IMG/VR virus record: IMGVR_UViG_3300009180_000022
Direction: 5' to 3' (one strand)
Length of the DNA: 64,000 bases
From: a virus
Both the position numbers and the translations under genes were made by a program. Shown here piece by piece: positions 11,409 to 22,363 of this stretch (position 1 is the stretch's first letter; every line of letters starts with the position of its first letter). The notes below the pieces were generated by a model. It ran no database searches, was not told the origin of the DNA, and saw only the letters and a list, made by a program, of their open reading frames with translations.

Positions 11409-11906
11409 ATGCCATTACAAGAGCTTTTTATTGATAACGACGGATTAAGGGTAGGTAATAACCAGTTACAGACCCTCGATGGTAATGTAATAATTGGTAA
11501 TTCCTTAATTGTGGGTACTAATACATTCTCCATCCGTGTTTCTGCTAATGGGTTTATTGGTAATAACAGCACTGATACTGGTGGTTATAATCTTAACATG
11601 GTAGGTAATGCGGCAAATTATATTGCCGGTGACATTCAACTTGATAAGACTATAACACCTGACGGGACTAATAGCGATCAAACTATTGATAAAAATGCAG
11701 GGTCAATTAACTTTGAGACCGGTAACACGTCAGTGCTAGTTACAAATGCAAGAGTAACGGTAAACTCTATTATTGTTGCTACAGTTGCAACAAATGATTC
11801 AACTATGAAGTCGGTAGCGGCTGTTTCAGCTGCAGGGTCTTTCACGTTATACCCTAATGCAACACCTTCGGCTAATACCAGGGTTAACTTTCTTGTAATT
11901 AATTAA
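11409..11906 (+). CDS. Putative virion structural protein
   Basis: 165 aa, N/T-rich beta-type composition, between virion genes. Confidence 0.5.
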   Translation: MPLQELFIDNDGLRVGNNQLQTLDGNVIIGNSLIVGTNTFSIRVSANGFIGNNSTDTGGYNLNMVGNAANYIAGDIQLDKTITPDGTNSDQTIDKNAGSINFETGNTSVLVTNARVTVNSIIVATVATNDSTMKSVAAVSAAGSFTLYPNATPSANTRVNFLVIN

Positions 11907-11917
11907 TCGGAGACATA

Positions 11918-12661
11918 ATGGCAGTTCCAACTTCAAGAATCACCTTTAAAGAGTATTGCTTAAGAAAGCTAGGTAAGCCAGTCATTGAAATTAACGTAGA
12001 TGACGATCAGGTTGATGATCGTGTGGATGAGGCGTTAAAGTACTACTATGACTATCACTTTGATGGAACTGAAAAGCTTTACTATAAGCACCAAGTAACC
12101 GATACTAATAAGGCTAATAAGTTTATTACTTTACCAGATAACATTATTGGCGCAGTTAGAATATTCTCAATTGCTGACCCTTCTATCCGTTCAGATGATT
12201 TATTTAATATACGATATCAAATTGCATTAAACGATCTTTACTCCCTAACCTCTGTCAGCATGGTACCGTATTATATGGTTATGCAGAATCTTGCCACTAT
12301 TACAGAAATGCTGGTAGGAAAGCAACCCATAAGATATAACAGACACACCAATAAGTTATATGTAGATATGGATTGGAATTCTATTGCAACAGGTGAATTC
12401 TTGTTAGTTGAAGCATATGAAGTTATTGATCCAGATGTATATACAGATGCATGGGGCGATAGATGGCTTCAAGAATATGCTTCAGCAAAGATCAAATATC
12501 AATGGGGATCTAATCTTACCAAGTTTACCGGAATGACCTTACCTGGTGGAATTCAGTTTAACGGCGAAAAAATTCTTGATGATGCAAAGGCTGATATAGA
12601 AAAATTAGAAAAAGAAATGATATCCAGCTACAGCTTGCCTGTCAGTGATATGGTAGGATAA
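11918..12661 (+). CDS. gp13: Neck protein gp13
   Basis: YCLRKLGKPVIEINVDDDQV.DR.DEA...YHFDG, QWGSNL.KF.G..LPGG; first gene of the gp13-gp23 block. Confidence 0.92.
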   Translation: MAVPTSRITFKEYCLRKLGKPVIEINVDDDQVDDRVDEALKYYYDYHFDGTEKLYYKHQVTDTNKANKFITLPDNIIGAVRIFSIADPSIRSDDLFNIRYQIALNDLYSLTSVSMVPYYMVMQNLATITEMLVGKQPIRYNRHTNKLYVDMDWNSIATGEFLLVEAYEVIDPDVYTDAWGDRWLQEYASAKIKYQWGSNLTKFTGMTLPGGIQFNGEKILDDAKADIEKLEKEMISSYSLPVSDMVG

Positions 12662-12662
12662 T

Positions 12663-13403
12663 ATGGCGACATCAGTATTCTTCAATAATTTTCAAAGCAG
12701 CCAAGAGCAGTTTTTAATTGAAGATTTAGTTATTGAAAGTATCAAGATCTACGGGCACGATGTCTATTATATACCTCGTGTACGTATTGCTTATGATAAA
12801 ATTTATGGTGAAGACACCCTTTCGGAATTTATAGATTCTTATTTTGTTGAGATGTTCATTAAGAATGTGGATGGGTTTGATGGTGATGGAGACTTCATTT
12901 CTAAGTTTGGTCTAGAAATACGCGATAGAGTTACATTTACTATTGCTAGAAGAACATTTAATAATGAAATTGGTCTTAATAATAATGCAGTAAGACCGTT
13001 TGAAGGTGATCTTATATTCTTCCCGCTAAACAAAAAGATTTTTGAAATTAAATTTGTAGAGCATGAAGCTATCTTTTACCAGATGGGCGCACTTCAGACT
13101 TATGATCTTGTTTGTGAGTTGTTTGAATACAGTAGTGAAAGATTTAATACTGGTTTAGATTTTATTGATACCTTGTTTACTAATAACTATCTTACTGGTA
13201 AAAACTACTCTGAAGTTATTACTGATTATGCGTTTATAACAGAAGATTATAATCCATATCAAATAATTACTGAAGATGGATATAGAATTATACAAGAAGA
13301 TAGTTCTAATTCAGATCTAGGTGATAGTACGGAGCTTCAAACAGAAGCAGACGTGTTTATTGACTTTAGTGAATTAGATCCATTTGCCGAGGGTACGTAC
13401 TAA
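12663..13403 (+). CDS. gp14: Neck protein gp14
   Basis: ESIKIYGHDVYYIPR, SKFGLEIRD, RP.EGDLI.FP, FEIKFVE, CELFEYSSE. Confidence 0.92.
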   Translation: MATSVFFNNFQSSQEQFLIEDLVIESIKIYGHDVYYIPRVRIAYDKIYGEDTLSEFIDSYFVEMFIKNVDGFDGDGDFISKFGLEIRDRVTFTIARRTFNNEIGLNNNAVRPFEGDLIFFPLNKKIFEIKFVEHEAIFYQMGALQTYDLVCELFEYSSERFNTGLDFIDTLFTNNYLTGKNYSEVITDYAFITEDYNPYQIITEDGYRIIQEDSSNSDLGDSTELQTEADVFIDFSELDPFAEGTY

Positions 13404-14209
13404 TGTTAGGTCACGATTTTTATCATAAAACTCTCAGAAAATATGTTGCGTTATTTGGCACTATATTTAATGAAATCTATATTAATAGGGTCGATAATGA
13501 TGGTGCTAACGTCCAGACATTAAAGATTCCAGTTACTTACGGGCCAAAGACCAAAGGTCTATCACGGGTAGATAATGATCCTGCACTTAACAGACCTGCT
13601 CAAATATCATCACCCCTTATATCATTTGAGATGACAGGGATGAGGTATGCATCTGACAGAAAGCTTAACTCTAGAAGAATGCATGCAATTGATACTAATA
13701 CCCTCAATACCGAGCAACTAGACTACATCTATAATCCTGTACCATATGATATAGATTTTAGCATGTACATTCTTGTTAAGAATGCAGAAGATGGTACTAA
13801 AATTTTAGAGCAAATACTGCCGTTTTTCACCCCAGAGTGGACTCCTTCTGTTACTCTTATTAGTGAACCAGAAGTAAAAATGGACATACCACTAGTAATT
13901 CAAGGTGTAACATCAGAAGATACATATGAAGGTAGTGTAGATGAAAGAAGAACCATTATATGGACACTTACCTTCACTATGAAGGGATATTTGTTTGGTC
14001 CTCCTCGTAAATCAGAGACGATCAAGCTGGCAAATATTAATTTTTATACGGCCTATTCAAACACATCAGCACATGATAATGTTTCTATTTTACCTGGGCT
14101 CACATCAAATGGTCAACCGACTAACAATGCATCACTAACCATAGATAAGAGTATTATTAAGGCAACTGATGATTGGGATTATATCATAACTATTAATAAT
14201 GTAATATAA
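13403..14209 (+). CDS. gp15: Tail terminator/sheath stabiliser gp15
   Basis: FYH...RKYV..FG..FN, PVPY, ILEQILPFF.P, WTLTFTMKGYLFGP. Confidence 0.92.
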   Translation: MLGHDFYHKTLRKYVALFGTIFNEIYINRVDNDGANVQTLKIPVTYGPKTKGLSRVDNDPALNRPAQISSPLISFEMTGMRYASDRKLNSRRMHAIDTNTLNTEQLDYIYNPVPYDIDFSMYILVKNAEDGTKILEQILPFFTPEWTPSVTLISEPEVKMDIPLVIQGVTSEDTYEGSVDERRTIIWTLTFTMKGYLFGPPRKSETIKLANINFYTAYSNTSAHDNVSILPGLTSNGQPTNNASLTIDKSIIKATDDWDYIITINNVI

Positions 14210-14583
14210 TGAATGAAGAGATTAGCAAAGCCCTTGGACTCACACATATAGAAGTACCTACAGCAGACGTCCAGGAGATTCCTCAGATAGAATCAGATTA
14301 TGAATATGCTCGTGCTAACATGATTGAAATAATTCAAAAGGGTAATTCTGCATTAGATAACATTATCAGCGTGGCTAATATGTCACAAAATCCTCGCGCA
14401 TACGAAGTAGCCGCAAACCTTATTAAGAACATGGCTGAGATTAATAAGGACCTTCTTGACTTGACTAAAAAGAAAATGGATATATCTGGCGAGCTTGGGC
14501 ACCCAAAAACTATCAACAACAACTTATTTGTTGGTAGTACAGCTGAGCTTCAAAAGTTAATTAAAAATAATGGCAGCAACTGA
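14209..14583 (+). CDS. gp16: Terminase small subunit
   Basis: DYEYAR, PRAYEVA, NNLFVGSTAELQK; directly before large subunit. Confidence 0.9.
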   Translation: MNEEISKALGLTHIEVPTADVQEIPQIESDYEYARANMIEIIQKGNSALDNIISVANMSQNPRAYEVAANLIKNMAEINKDLLDLTKKKMDISGELGHPKTINNNLFVGSTAELQKLIKNNGSN

Positions 14584-16195
14584 CAATTATCAAGGCAATC
14601 GTAACCTTAAGAAAACTAACGTTGCGATAGCCTGGACCCAGGAACAAGTACAAGAATATTTAAAGTGTGCACGTAATCCTGTATACTTTATTACGACATA
14701 TGTAAAGATTGTTAACGTTGATCAAGGTTTAATTCCTTTTAACTTGTATGATTTTCAAAAGGATATGGTTGACCTATCAGTCGCCGAACGTTTCGTTATT
14801 TGTAAAATGCCTCGACAGGTTGGTAAGACTACCACAGTTGCTGCATTACTTCTTTGGTATATTTTATTTCATGAATCATACTCTGTTGCTCTCCTTGCAC
14901 ATAAGGAAGCCCAGGCTATTGAAATTCTATCTAGGGTTCAACTTGCTTATGAACACTTACCAAAATGGCTTCAGCAGGGTATTGTTGAATGGAATAAAAA
15001 GAGCGTTGAATTAGAAAACGGCTCAACCATTATAGCGTCTTCTACATCATCATCTGCTATTCGTGGAACATCTCAAAACCTGGTATACTTGGATGAGTTT
15101 GCGTTCGTTCCTAACAACTTACAAGAGCAGTTCTTTGCATCAGTTTATCCTACAATTTCTTCCGGTAAAACCACTAAGGTCCTAATAACATCTACTCCTA
15201 ACGGGCTTAATCAGTTCTATAGAATCTGGGCAAACTCGGAGAGAGGTCAAAATGACTATAAGCGATTTGATGTGCATTGGAGCAATGTACCAGGTCGTGA
15301 TGAAGAGTGGAAAAAAGAGACAATTAGAAATACATCTGAAGAACAATTCAGGGTTGAATTTGAATGCGAGTTTGTAGGTTCTACTGATACGTTAATATCA
15401 GCAGCTAAATTAAGCAAGCTAATATACCTTGATCCAACAAGGCAGACTGAGCATTTAAAGGTATATGAAGAACCGCAAAAGGATAAAATATACGCTATTG
15501 CAGTAGATACTGCCCGTGGGGGCGGGGCTGATTATTCAGCCTTTCAGGTAATGGATATTTCTAAGTCACCATACACCCAGGTTGCTAGATATCTTAACAA
15601 TACAGTCCCTGTAATGTTGTATCCTACTATAATTTATGAGACGGCAAGGTATTACAACAACGCCCTTATTCTAGTTGAAACTAACGATATTGGTGGTCAG
15701 GTTGCTGATATGCTTGCATACGATCTAGAATATGAGGGGGTTTTAAAAACTATAAGTAATCACAATAACACTGTAGAGATATCTGCAGGGTTTGCGGCAG
15801 GATCAAAATTAGGCATCCGTACAACTAAATCAACAAAGCGTGTTGGGTGTATGAACTTAAAGAACCTGATAGAGAGTGATAAGTTAATAATCAATGATTA
15901 TGAAACAATTGAAGAGTTGATGAGGTTTTCCTTTAATGGGGTATCTTATGTGGCTGAAGAAGGGCATGATGACCTAACAATGGGGCTTGTGCTTTTTGCT
16001 TGGCTTTCAACTCAAAATTATTTTAAAGAGATAAGCAATAGTGATGTTCGACGTGATCTGTTCACTGAGAATCTTAAAAGAATTGAAGAAGAAATGCTAC
16101 CATTTGGTATTATAGCTGATGGTAATGAACAAATATCAAAAATTGAAATTATAGATTTAGAGCGCATGTCATTTGATAGATGGATGTCTAGTTAA
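14570..16195 (+). CDS. gp17: Terminase large subunit
   Basis: Walker A PRQVGKTT, Walker B YLDEFAF, ITSTPNG, nuclease VDTARG and HDDL. Confidence 0.97.
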   Translation: MAATDNYQGNRNLKKTNVAIAWTQEQVQEYLKCARNPVYFITTYVKIVNVDQGLIPFNLYDFQKDMVDLSVAERFVICKMPRQVGKTTTVAALLLWYILFHESYSVALLAHKEAQAIEILSRVQLAYEHLPKWLQQGIVEWNKKSVELENGSTIIASSTSSSAIRGTSQNLVYLDEFAFVPNNLQEQFFASVYPTISSGKTTKVLITSTPNGLNQFYRIWANSERGQNDYKRFDVHWSNVPGRDEEWKKETIRNTSEEQFRVEFECEFVGSTDTLISAAKLSKLIYLDPTRQTEHLKVYEEPQKDKIYAIAVDTARGGGADYSAFQVMDISKSPYTQVARYLNNTVPVMLYPTIIYETARYYNNALILVETNDIGGQVADMLAYDLEYEGVLKTISNHNNTVEISAGFAAGSKLGIRTTKSTKRVGCMNLKNLIESDKLIINDYETIEELMRFSFNGVSYVAEEGHDDLTMGLVLFAWLSTQNYFKEISNSDVRRDLFTENLKRIEEEMLPFGIIADGNEQISKIEIIDLERMSFDRWMSS

Positions 16196-16210
16196 CGACT
16201 TTTCTGATTT

Positions 16211-16242
16211 TATAAATATCTTTAAGTTCTTAGTTATAAATA
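16211..16242 (+). promoter_or_regulatory. Tandem late promoters (TATAAATA at 16211 and 16235) before tail sheath
   Basis: Two exact T4 late consensus boxes in the intergenic gap, followed by GGAG RBS. Confidence 0.85.
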
Positions 16243-16264
16243 CAACCTCTGAAGGGAGAATCAT

Positions 16265-18388
16265 ATGCCATTTCAAGTAAGTCCAGGCGTAAATGTTTCT
16301 GAAATAGACCTGACTACCGTAGTCCCAGCAGTTTCAACAACCGAAGGCGCCATTGCTGGTGTGTTTCGTTGGGGACCAGTGAATACACGTGTTCTAGTTG
16401 ATTCTGAATCCACGCTAGTTAGCCGTTTCTGCAAACCAACCAATCACAACCCAGAAACCTTCTTTACTGCAGCTAACTTTTTAGCCTACGGTAATCAATT
16501 GTATGTTGTTCGTACTGCAGATACAACCGATGCAACAGGCGCCAACGGCGTTCTTTCCGCATACGGTAATGTAGCTGCTGTAACAACCAATACAAACCTT
16601 ATTGTTAAGAATGATGCACTAATCGATAGTAATACTGTTTCTGCTGCTATCACAGCAGAAACAGGTGTAAGGTACATTGCAAGATACCCAGGATCAATGG
16701 GTAACTCTTTAAAAGTCTCTGCCTGCGATACACCTAATGCCTTCTTTTCTTCAACTATTCTAGCTGATAACCAAGGTCCAAACACCTATAACGTTTCAGG
16801 GGTATTTACAGCTGTTGTTGCACAAAACGGTAATAATCAAGTACTTGTTCAAATTGCTAACGGTTCAGCTAATACTGTTGCCCAGGCACTTGTACGCCTT
16901 GATGTAGTTCGCTCTTTACTTAACGTTAATGATCTTATTGAACTTGGTAATTCAACAATTGGTACTCAACTGCTAAAAGTTTCTTCTATTGCAACTTCTG
17001 TATCTAATTCTACACATGCGTCTTTTATTATTAATTGTGCATCAAAGTACACACTGTCTAGTATAGGACTTACTACTGTTGCTAACGGCGCAACCCTTAG
17101 CCAAGGTAAATTAACCCGCTATTGGGAATATGCATTTAACGTAGATTCTGCTCCAGGAACTTCGGCATTTACAACCAACTTCGGTAATTCAGCTGCAATT
17201 GACGAGGTGCATGTGGTTGTTGCTGACGAAGGGGGTGAGTTTACAGGAGTACCAGGTACCGTGCTTGAAGTATATAAAGGTCTTTCAAGAGCAACGAATG
17301 CCAAAACTGATGATGGTACATCTAACTATATCAAAACTGTAATTAACCAAAATTCAGATTACGTATATTACGCAAATGATAGAGCAAGCGAGTTCTCAAA
17401 TCCCGCAGCCAATTTAGCTTCTTTAGCATTTACTGCGCCTTTAAGCCTGTCCTTTTCAGGCGGATTCGATGGATTAGATGAAGCAAACGTGTCGATTAAT
17501 ACTTTAACTGCCGGGTATGATATGTTTGTATCACCTGATGATGTAAGTGTTGCCTTAGTAATGCAGGGTAAGGCAAGGGATGGAGTAGCAAATACTCAAC
17601 TTGCTAACTACATTATTCAAAACATTTGCGAAGTAAGAAAAGATTGCGTAGCGTTTATTTCTCCATGTAAAACTGACGTTGTACTCAATGCTGGTCAAAC
17701 CGAAGCTTTAAATATGGTTGAATTTCGTAATGCTATTACTTCTTCTTCATACGGCTTCATCGATTCTGGATACAAGTATCAATACGACAAGTATAATGAT
17801 ATTTACCGCTATGTTCCTTTAAATGGAGACATGGCCGGGCTTTGCGTGCGTACTGATGAGACAAGAGATCCTTGGTTCTCACCTGCTGGATACAATAGAG
17901 GCATTATTAAGAATGTTGTTAAGCTTGCGTTCAATCCAAATAAAACTGCACGTGATGTGCTTTATAAGAATGGTATCAATCCAGTAGTTACATTCCCTGG
18001 ACAAGGAACACTCCTGTTTGGTGATAAGACTGCTCTTTCTAAGCCATCGGCATTCGATCGTATCAACGTTCGTCGTCTGTTTATCGTGCTTGAAAAAGCG
18101 ATTGCAACTGCTGCTAAGTATTCATTATTCGAATTCAACGATGACATTACACGTGCACAGTTCAAGAACTTAGTTGAACCGTTCCTACGAGATGTTCAAG
18201 GTCGCCGTGGCATTTACGACTTCAAGGTAATTTGTGACACCACAAACAATACTGGTGAGGTCATCGATAGAAATGAGTTTAGAGGTGATATCTATATTAA
18301 ACCAGCCAAGTCTATTAACTTTATACAACTGAACTTTATTGCAGTGAGATCGGGTATTGAATTCTCCGAAATCGTTGGACAGTTCTAA
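16265..18388 (+). CDS. gp18: Tail sheath protein
   Basis: SPGVNVSEIDLT, PWFSPAGYNRG, FDRINVRRLF, IKPAKSINFIQLNF. Confidence 0.97.
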   Translation: MPFQVSPGVNVSEIDLTTVVPAVSTTEGAIAGVFRWGPVNTRVLVDSESTLVSRFCKPTNHNPETFFTAANFLAYGNQLYVVRTADTTDATGANGVLSAYGNVAAVTTNTNLIVKNDALIDSNTVSAAITAETGVRYIARYPGSMGNSLKVSACDTPNAFFSSTILADNQGPNTYNVSGVFTAVVAQNGNNQVLVQIANGSANTVAQALVRLDVVRSLLNVNDLIELGNSTIGTQLLKVSSIATSVSNSTHASFIINCASKYTLSSIGLTTVANGATLSQGKLTRYWEYAFNVDSAPGTSAFTTNFGNSAAIDEVHVVVADEGGEFTGVPGTVLEVYKGLSRATNAKTDDGTSNYIKTVINQNSDYVYYANDRASEFSNPAANLASLAFTAPLSLSFSGGFDGLDEANVSINTLTAGYDMFVSPDDVSVALVMQGKARDGVANTQLANYIIQNICEVRKDCVAFISPCKTDVVLNAGQTEALNMVEFRNAITSSSYGFIDSGYKYQYDKYNDIYRYVPLNGDMAGLCVRTDETRDPWFSPAGYNRGIIKNVVKLAFNPNKTARDVLYKNGINPVVTFPGQGTLLFGDKTALSKPSAFDRINVRRLFIVLEKAIATAAKYSLFEFNDDITRAQFKNLVEPFLRDVQGRRGIYDFKVICDTTNNTGEVIDRNEFRGDIYIKPAKSINFIQLNFIAVRSGIEFSEIVGQF

Positions 18389-18415
18389 TAAATAACAAGA
18401 CAAGGAGAAACAGAC

Positions 18416-18967
18416 ATGGCATTTGATATAAATGAAATTAGAAGTCAGCTGACCTTGGGAGGGGCTAGAAATAGCCTTTTTCAAGTTATCATTCAAAATC
18501 CAGCGACTGGTGTTGCCGATATTAAATCACCTTTTATGGTTAAGACAGCTGCAATTCCTGCCTCAACTTTAGGTCTTATCGAAGTACCTTATTTTGGTCG
18601 TAAGATTAAACTAGCTGGAGATAGAACGTTCGGTGACTGGACAGTATCAGTAATTAACGATGAAGACTTTTTGATCCGTAATGCCCTTGAGCAATGGTCG
18701 AATCAAATTCAATCTTTTCAGACTAACCTAAGACAATTTGGTTCATCTAGCCCTTCGGCCTACAAGGCACAGGCTCAGGTTACCCAATTCTCTAAGACTG
18801 GTGTGCCCATCAGGACATACACGTTTAACGGTATATACCCATCTGAAATTTCACCTATCGAACTCGATTGGAACTCAACAGACTCTATTGAAGAGTTTCA
18901 AGTAACTTTCCAATACGACTGGTGGGAAGTAACCGGTGGAACTACAGGAAACGCCGGCGGAGCTTAA
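18416..18967 (+). CDS. gp19: Tail tube protein
   Basis: GGAR..LF, GRKIKLAGDRTF.DW, NDEDF, IEEFQVTFQYDWW. Confidence 0.95.
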   Translation: MAFDINEIRSQLTLGGARNSLFQVIIQNPATGVADIKSPFMVKTAAIPASTLGLIEVPYFGRKIKLAGDRTFGDWTVSVINDEDFLIRNALEQWSNQIQSFQTNLRQFGSSSPSAYKAQAQVTQFSKTGVPIRTYTFNGIYPSEISPIELDWNSTDSIEEFQVTFQYDWWEVTGGTTGNAGGA

Positions 18968-18974
18968 ATTGTGA

Positions 18975-19002
18975 GGCGGTGAGAGATCATCGCCATTTTA
19001 TT
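18975..19002 (+). terminator. Hairpin after gp19 (terminator-like or processing stem)
   Basis: GGCGGTGA-gaga-TCATCGCC followed by ATTTTATT. Confidence 0.55.
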
Positions 19003-19019
19003 CATTATAAGGATTTTAA

Positions 19020-20618
19020 ATGGCTCAGCTATTTGGTTTTGAGATACGCCGCAAGCAAGAACTTGTACAACAAGCAAACCCCAACATACAAACCTTCTCT
19101 CCAGAAGCCAAAGATGATGGGGCTGTCGTTGTTGCTGCAGGAGGCGCATACGGCACCTACGTTGATATGGAAGGATCGGCTCGATCAGAAGCCGATTTAA
19201 TCAACAAATATAGAGAAATAGCCCAGCATCCAGAAGTTGATCAAGCTATTGATGATATTGTAAATGAGGCAATTGTTTTTGAACCTGATGAAAAGGTTGT
19301 ACAGATTAATCTTGATGACGTAGAACTTTCAGCAGGCGTCAAGAAAACAATCACAACTGAGTTTGGTGAAATACTTGACATGCTTAGTTTTCAACAACAA
19401 CCCTATGATCTGTTTAGACGTTGGTATGTTGATGGTAGGTTGTATTATCATATCGTTATTGATACGAAGAATCCAGGGGAAGGGATTCAAGAATTAAGAT
19501 ACCTTGATCCGCGTAAGATACGCAAGATTAGGGAAGTCAAAAAGAAAAGAGATCCAGCAACATCTGCAACAGTTACTAAGACTGCAGGTGAATATTTTCT
19601 CTATAACGAGAAGGGACTCAACAATCAAAAAGCCGGCGCCGCATCTGCAATGGATGCCCAGAACACAACCGGTCTAAGAATTGCAAAAGATAGTATTGCC
19701 CACGTTACATCTGGATTGATGGATGTAAACAATACAATAGTACTTTCTTATGTACATAAGGCTATCAAGCCTTTAAATCAATTAAGAACACTAGAAGATG
19801 CTACTGTTATTTACAGAGTATCCCGTGCACCAGAAAGAAGGATCTTCTACATTGACGTAGGTAACCTTCCTAAGATGAAGGCCGAGCAATATCTCAGTGA
19901 CATCATGACTAAGTTTAAGAATAGACTTGTATATGATTCATCTACAGGTGAAATTAGAGACGATAGAAAATTCATGACTATGCTTGAGGACTTCTGGTTC
20001 CCAAGACGTGAAGGTGGTAAAGGTACAGAAGTTACTACGCTACCAGCTGGCCAGAACTTAGGGGAGATGTCCGATGTTGAATACTTCAAGAAGAAGTTAT
20101 ATCAATCGTTAAACGTTCCCACTTCAAGGTTCTCTTCCCAGGATGATCCTTTTGATATCGGTCGTTCTACTCAGGTATCGAGAGACGAGGTTAAGTTTGC
20201 CAAGTTCATTAATAGGCTGAGATTGCGTTTTTCTCAGCTGTTTTTAAAGTGTCTTGAGAAGCAGCTAATACTTAAAGGTATCACTACTTCGGCAGACTGG
20301 GAATCAATTTCTAAGAACATTAGATTTGACTTTGCAAAAGACAATTATTTCTCCGAGCTTAAAGAGACTGAAGTACTTACAGGCAGGCTAAATACCCTAA
20401 ACATGATTGAACCTTACGCCGGTAAGTATTATTCTCATACCTGGATTCGTAAGAATATACTTCGTCAGTCAGATGAAGATATTGAAGAAATGGATGAGCA
20501 GATTGAAGGGGAACAGGATGATGAAAAGTTTAACCCGCCTGTAGATGCGATTGGTAATCCAATGTCTCCAGGTCAAGGTATTCCTAATCCAAATCAGCCT
20601 AGTTCTGACGAACAATAA
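19020..20618 (+). CDS. gp20: Portal protein
   Basis: RRWYVDGR, IYRVSRAPERRIFYIDVGNLPK.KAEQY, EDFWFPRREGGKGTEVTTLP. Confidence 0.97.
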   Translation: MAQLFGFEIRRKQELVQQANPNIQTFSPEAKDDGAVVVAAGGAYGTYVDMEGSARSEADLINKYREIAQHPEVDQAIDDIVNEAIVFEPDEKVVQINLDDVELSAGVKKTITTEFGEILDMLSFQQQPYDLFRRWYVDGRLYYHIVIDTKNPGEGIQELRYLDPRKIRKIREVKKKRDPATSATVTKTAGEYFLYNEKGLNNQKAGAASAMDAQNTTGLRIAKDSIAHVTSGLMDVNNTIVLSYVHKAIKPLNQLRTLEDATVIYRVSRAPERRIFYIDVGNLPKMKAEQYLSDIMTKFKNRLVYDSSTGEIRDDRKFMTMLEDFWFPRREGGKGTEVTTLPAGQNLGEMSDVEYFKKKLYQSLNVPTSRFSSQDDPFDIGRSTQVSRDEVKFAKFINRLRLRFSQLFLKCLEKQLILKGITTSADWESISKNIRFDFAKDNYFSELKETEVLTGRLNTLNMIEPYAGKYYSHTWIRKNILRQSDEDIEEMDEQIEGEQDDEKFNPPVDAIGNPMSPGQGIPNPNQPSSDEQ

Positions 20619-20638
20619 ATAAAGAATGGAGTTATGCA

Positions 20639-20845
20639 ATGAGTGAATTTAGCGTACAAGATATGATAGGTAGCGTCTTAGAGAAGCAACCTGAACAGTT
20701 TAGAACAGCTTTCAACGACGTTATGGTCGATAAAATTGCAGCTGCCTTAGATATTAAAAAGCAAGAAGTAGCCCAGAATTATTTCACTACTTCCGAAGAA
20801 GAAACAGAACAAGAAACCGAGGAAGAAAATGGCGAAAACACTTAA
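20639..20845 (+). CDS. gp67: Prohead core protein gp67-like
   Basis: 68 aa, acidic tail, directly after portal. Confidence 0.65.
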   Translation: MSEFSVQDMIGSVLEKQPEQFRTAFNDVMVDKIAAALDIKKQEVAQNYFTTSEEETEQETEEENGENT

Positions 20846-21986
20846 TCAGGTAGTTGGGTATAGGCCTAAAGCAGGTGACGAACAAAAGTTCGTAGACAAG
20901 CATGTAATTGCTAGTAAAGAAGATCCTAACGGTAATGGTGACGATGTGTTCAAAGGATCTAAGGTTAAAGTTATGGATCGTATGAAACATCGCCACGGGT
21001 ACGATGTAGGTACCGATGATAAGGTGTATGAGGCAAGACTAGGTGAAGCAATTAATGATAACCTACATCCAGCTGGTGCTGCATTGCTAAAGCACATCAA
21101 ACCAGAACACCATAACAAATACAAAGAACATCTAACTACAGACGTTTTTAATGGTTCATACAAGGACCGTACTGATGTATTAAATGCAGCCAAAAAAGCA
21201 GGGCATTTAAAAGAAGATGCTGAGCAAATTGATGAGCTGTCAAAAACAACTCTTGGTTCTTATGCTAAGAAAGCATCGCGTGATGCAGTAATTACTCGTA
21301 AAATTGGTGCAGATTTTGAGCATCAAGGTAACCGAGCAAAAAGCCCAGGAATGAAAGCGGCAAGTAATGAAATGTCGCAAAAATATAAAGTAAAATCTTG
21401 GAAGCGCAGAGATGGCGTTGACAAAGCAGTTGATCGTTTGACCAAAGAAGAAGTTGAAGGCACAATACCTAAAACCGCAAGAGAAAAAGATTTGGCAGGC
21501 AAGCATGGACATCCTAACCGTATTACATTTGGAGATGTTTTAAAAGCCCGTGGTGTAAAGATGAAGAAAGAAGAAGTCGAGATGGTAACAGAGGGAGATG
21601 AAGCTCACGCACGTTTTCAACACTATCACAATGAATCGGCTAAGTTGCTAAAAAACATTCACTCTGGCCTTTCTAAGCACTACGATAATGTAACCAACAA
21701 AAAAGGTCACAACAATGGTGAAGCCCATTGGGGTCATGTCGGTGACATTAAAGACATTCATAGCAGCCTGCAAGACATACACGATAGAATTCTTCAAACT
21801 GGTGAGTATGCAAAGCCTCCAAAGCCAATCAAAGAAGAAGTAGAAGTTCATGAAGATATCGATACATCGTTGTTAAATCTATACGCAAACCTAGATGATG
21901 ACAATCGTATTTCAATGGTAAAGATGATCGACGAAGGCCGTAAAGATGAACTGTTAGAATTTGCAGTCGAGGCAGGTACTGAATAA
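20829..21986 (+). CDS. Prohead core/internal head protein (gp68 position)
   Basis: Between gp67 and gp21; charged, several L/I/V-x-E sites, EQIDELSKTTLGSYAKKA module. Confidence 0.55.
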   Translation: MAKTLNQVVGYRPKAGDEQKFVDKHVIASKEDPNGNGDDVFKGSKVKVMDRMKHRHGYDVGTDDKVYEARLGEAINDNLHPAGAALLKHIKPEHHNKYKEHLTTDVFNGSYKDRTDVLNAAKKAGHLKEDAEQIDELSKTTLGSYAKKASRDAVITRKIGADFEHQGNRAKSPGMKAASNEMSQKYKVKSWKRRDGVDKAVDRLTKEEVEGTIPKTAREKDLAGKHGHPNRITFGDVLKARGVKMKKEEVEMVTEGDEAHARFQHYHNESAKLLKNIHSGLSKHYDNVTNKKGHNNGEAHWGHVGDIKDIHSSLQDIHDRILQTGEYAKPPKPIKEEVEVHEDIDTSLLNLYANLDDDNRISMVKMIDEGRKDELLEFAVEAGTE

Positions 21987-22363
21987 TGGCTGCATATACT
22001 ATTGTAACAAACAAGATAGGCACCAGAGCGGTGCTTAGAATTAACGCAAATGTAAATATTTCCGTTAATACCTTATCCGTAGGTGCTAGTGAAATTGTAG
22101 GTGCCGCGACCCTTACATCCATTTATTATGCAAGTAACGATGCAACAACAGCCGCCTACTACAGAGGAAACACCGCCTCTGTAGATAGCGCTATACTCAG
22201 ATTAGTTCCTACTCATAACACATACTTAGATTTTGCTGGTAATGGAATTTCCCCTGATCAAGATCTAAGAACAGCAAATATTATTTTTGTTGTTAGTGGA
22301 GCTAATAACAGTAGTATTATTGCTGAGTTCCATAAAATTTCTAACGCTAACACGAATTACTAA
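21986..22363 (+). CDS. Hypothetical protein in head cluster
   Basis: 125-aa ORF abutting both neighbours. Confidence 0.6.
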   Translation: MAAYTIVTNKIGTRAVLRINANVNISVNTLSVGASEIVGAATLTSIYYASNDATTAAYYRGNTASVDSAILRLVPTHNTYLDFAGNGISPDQDLRTANIIFVVSGANNSSIIAEFHKISNANTNY

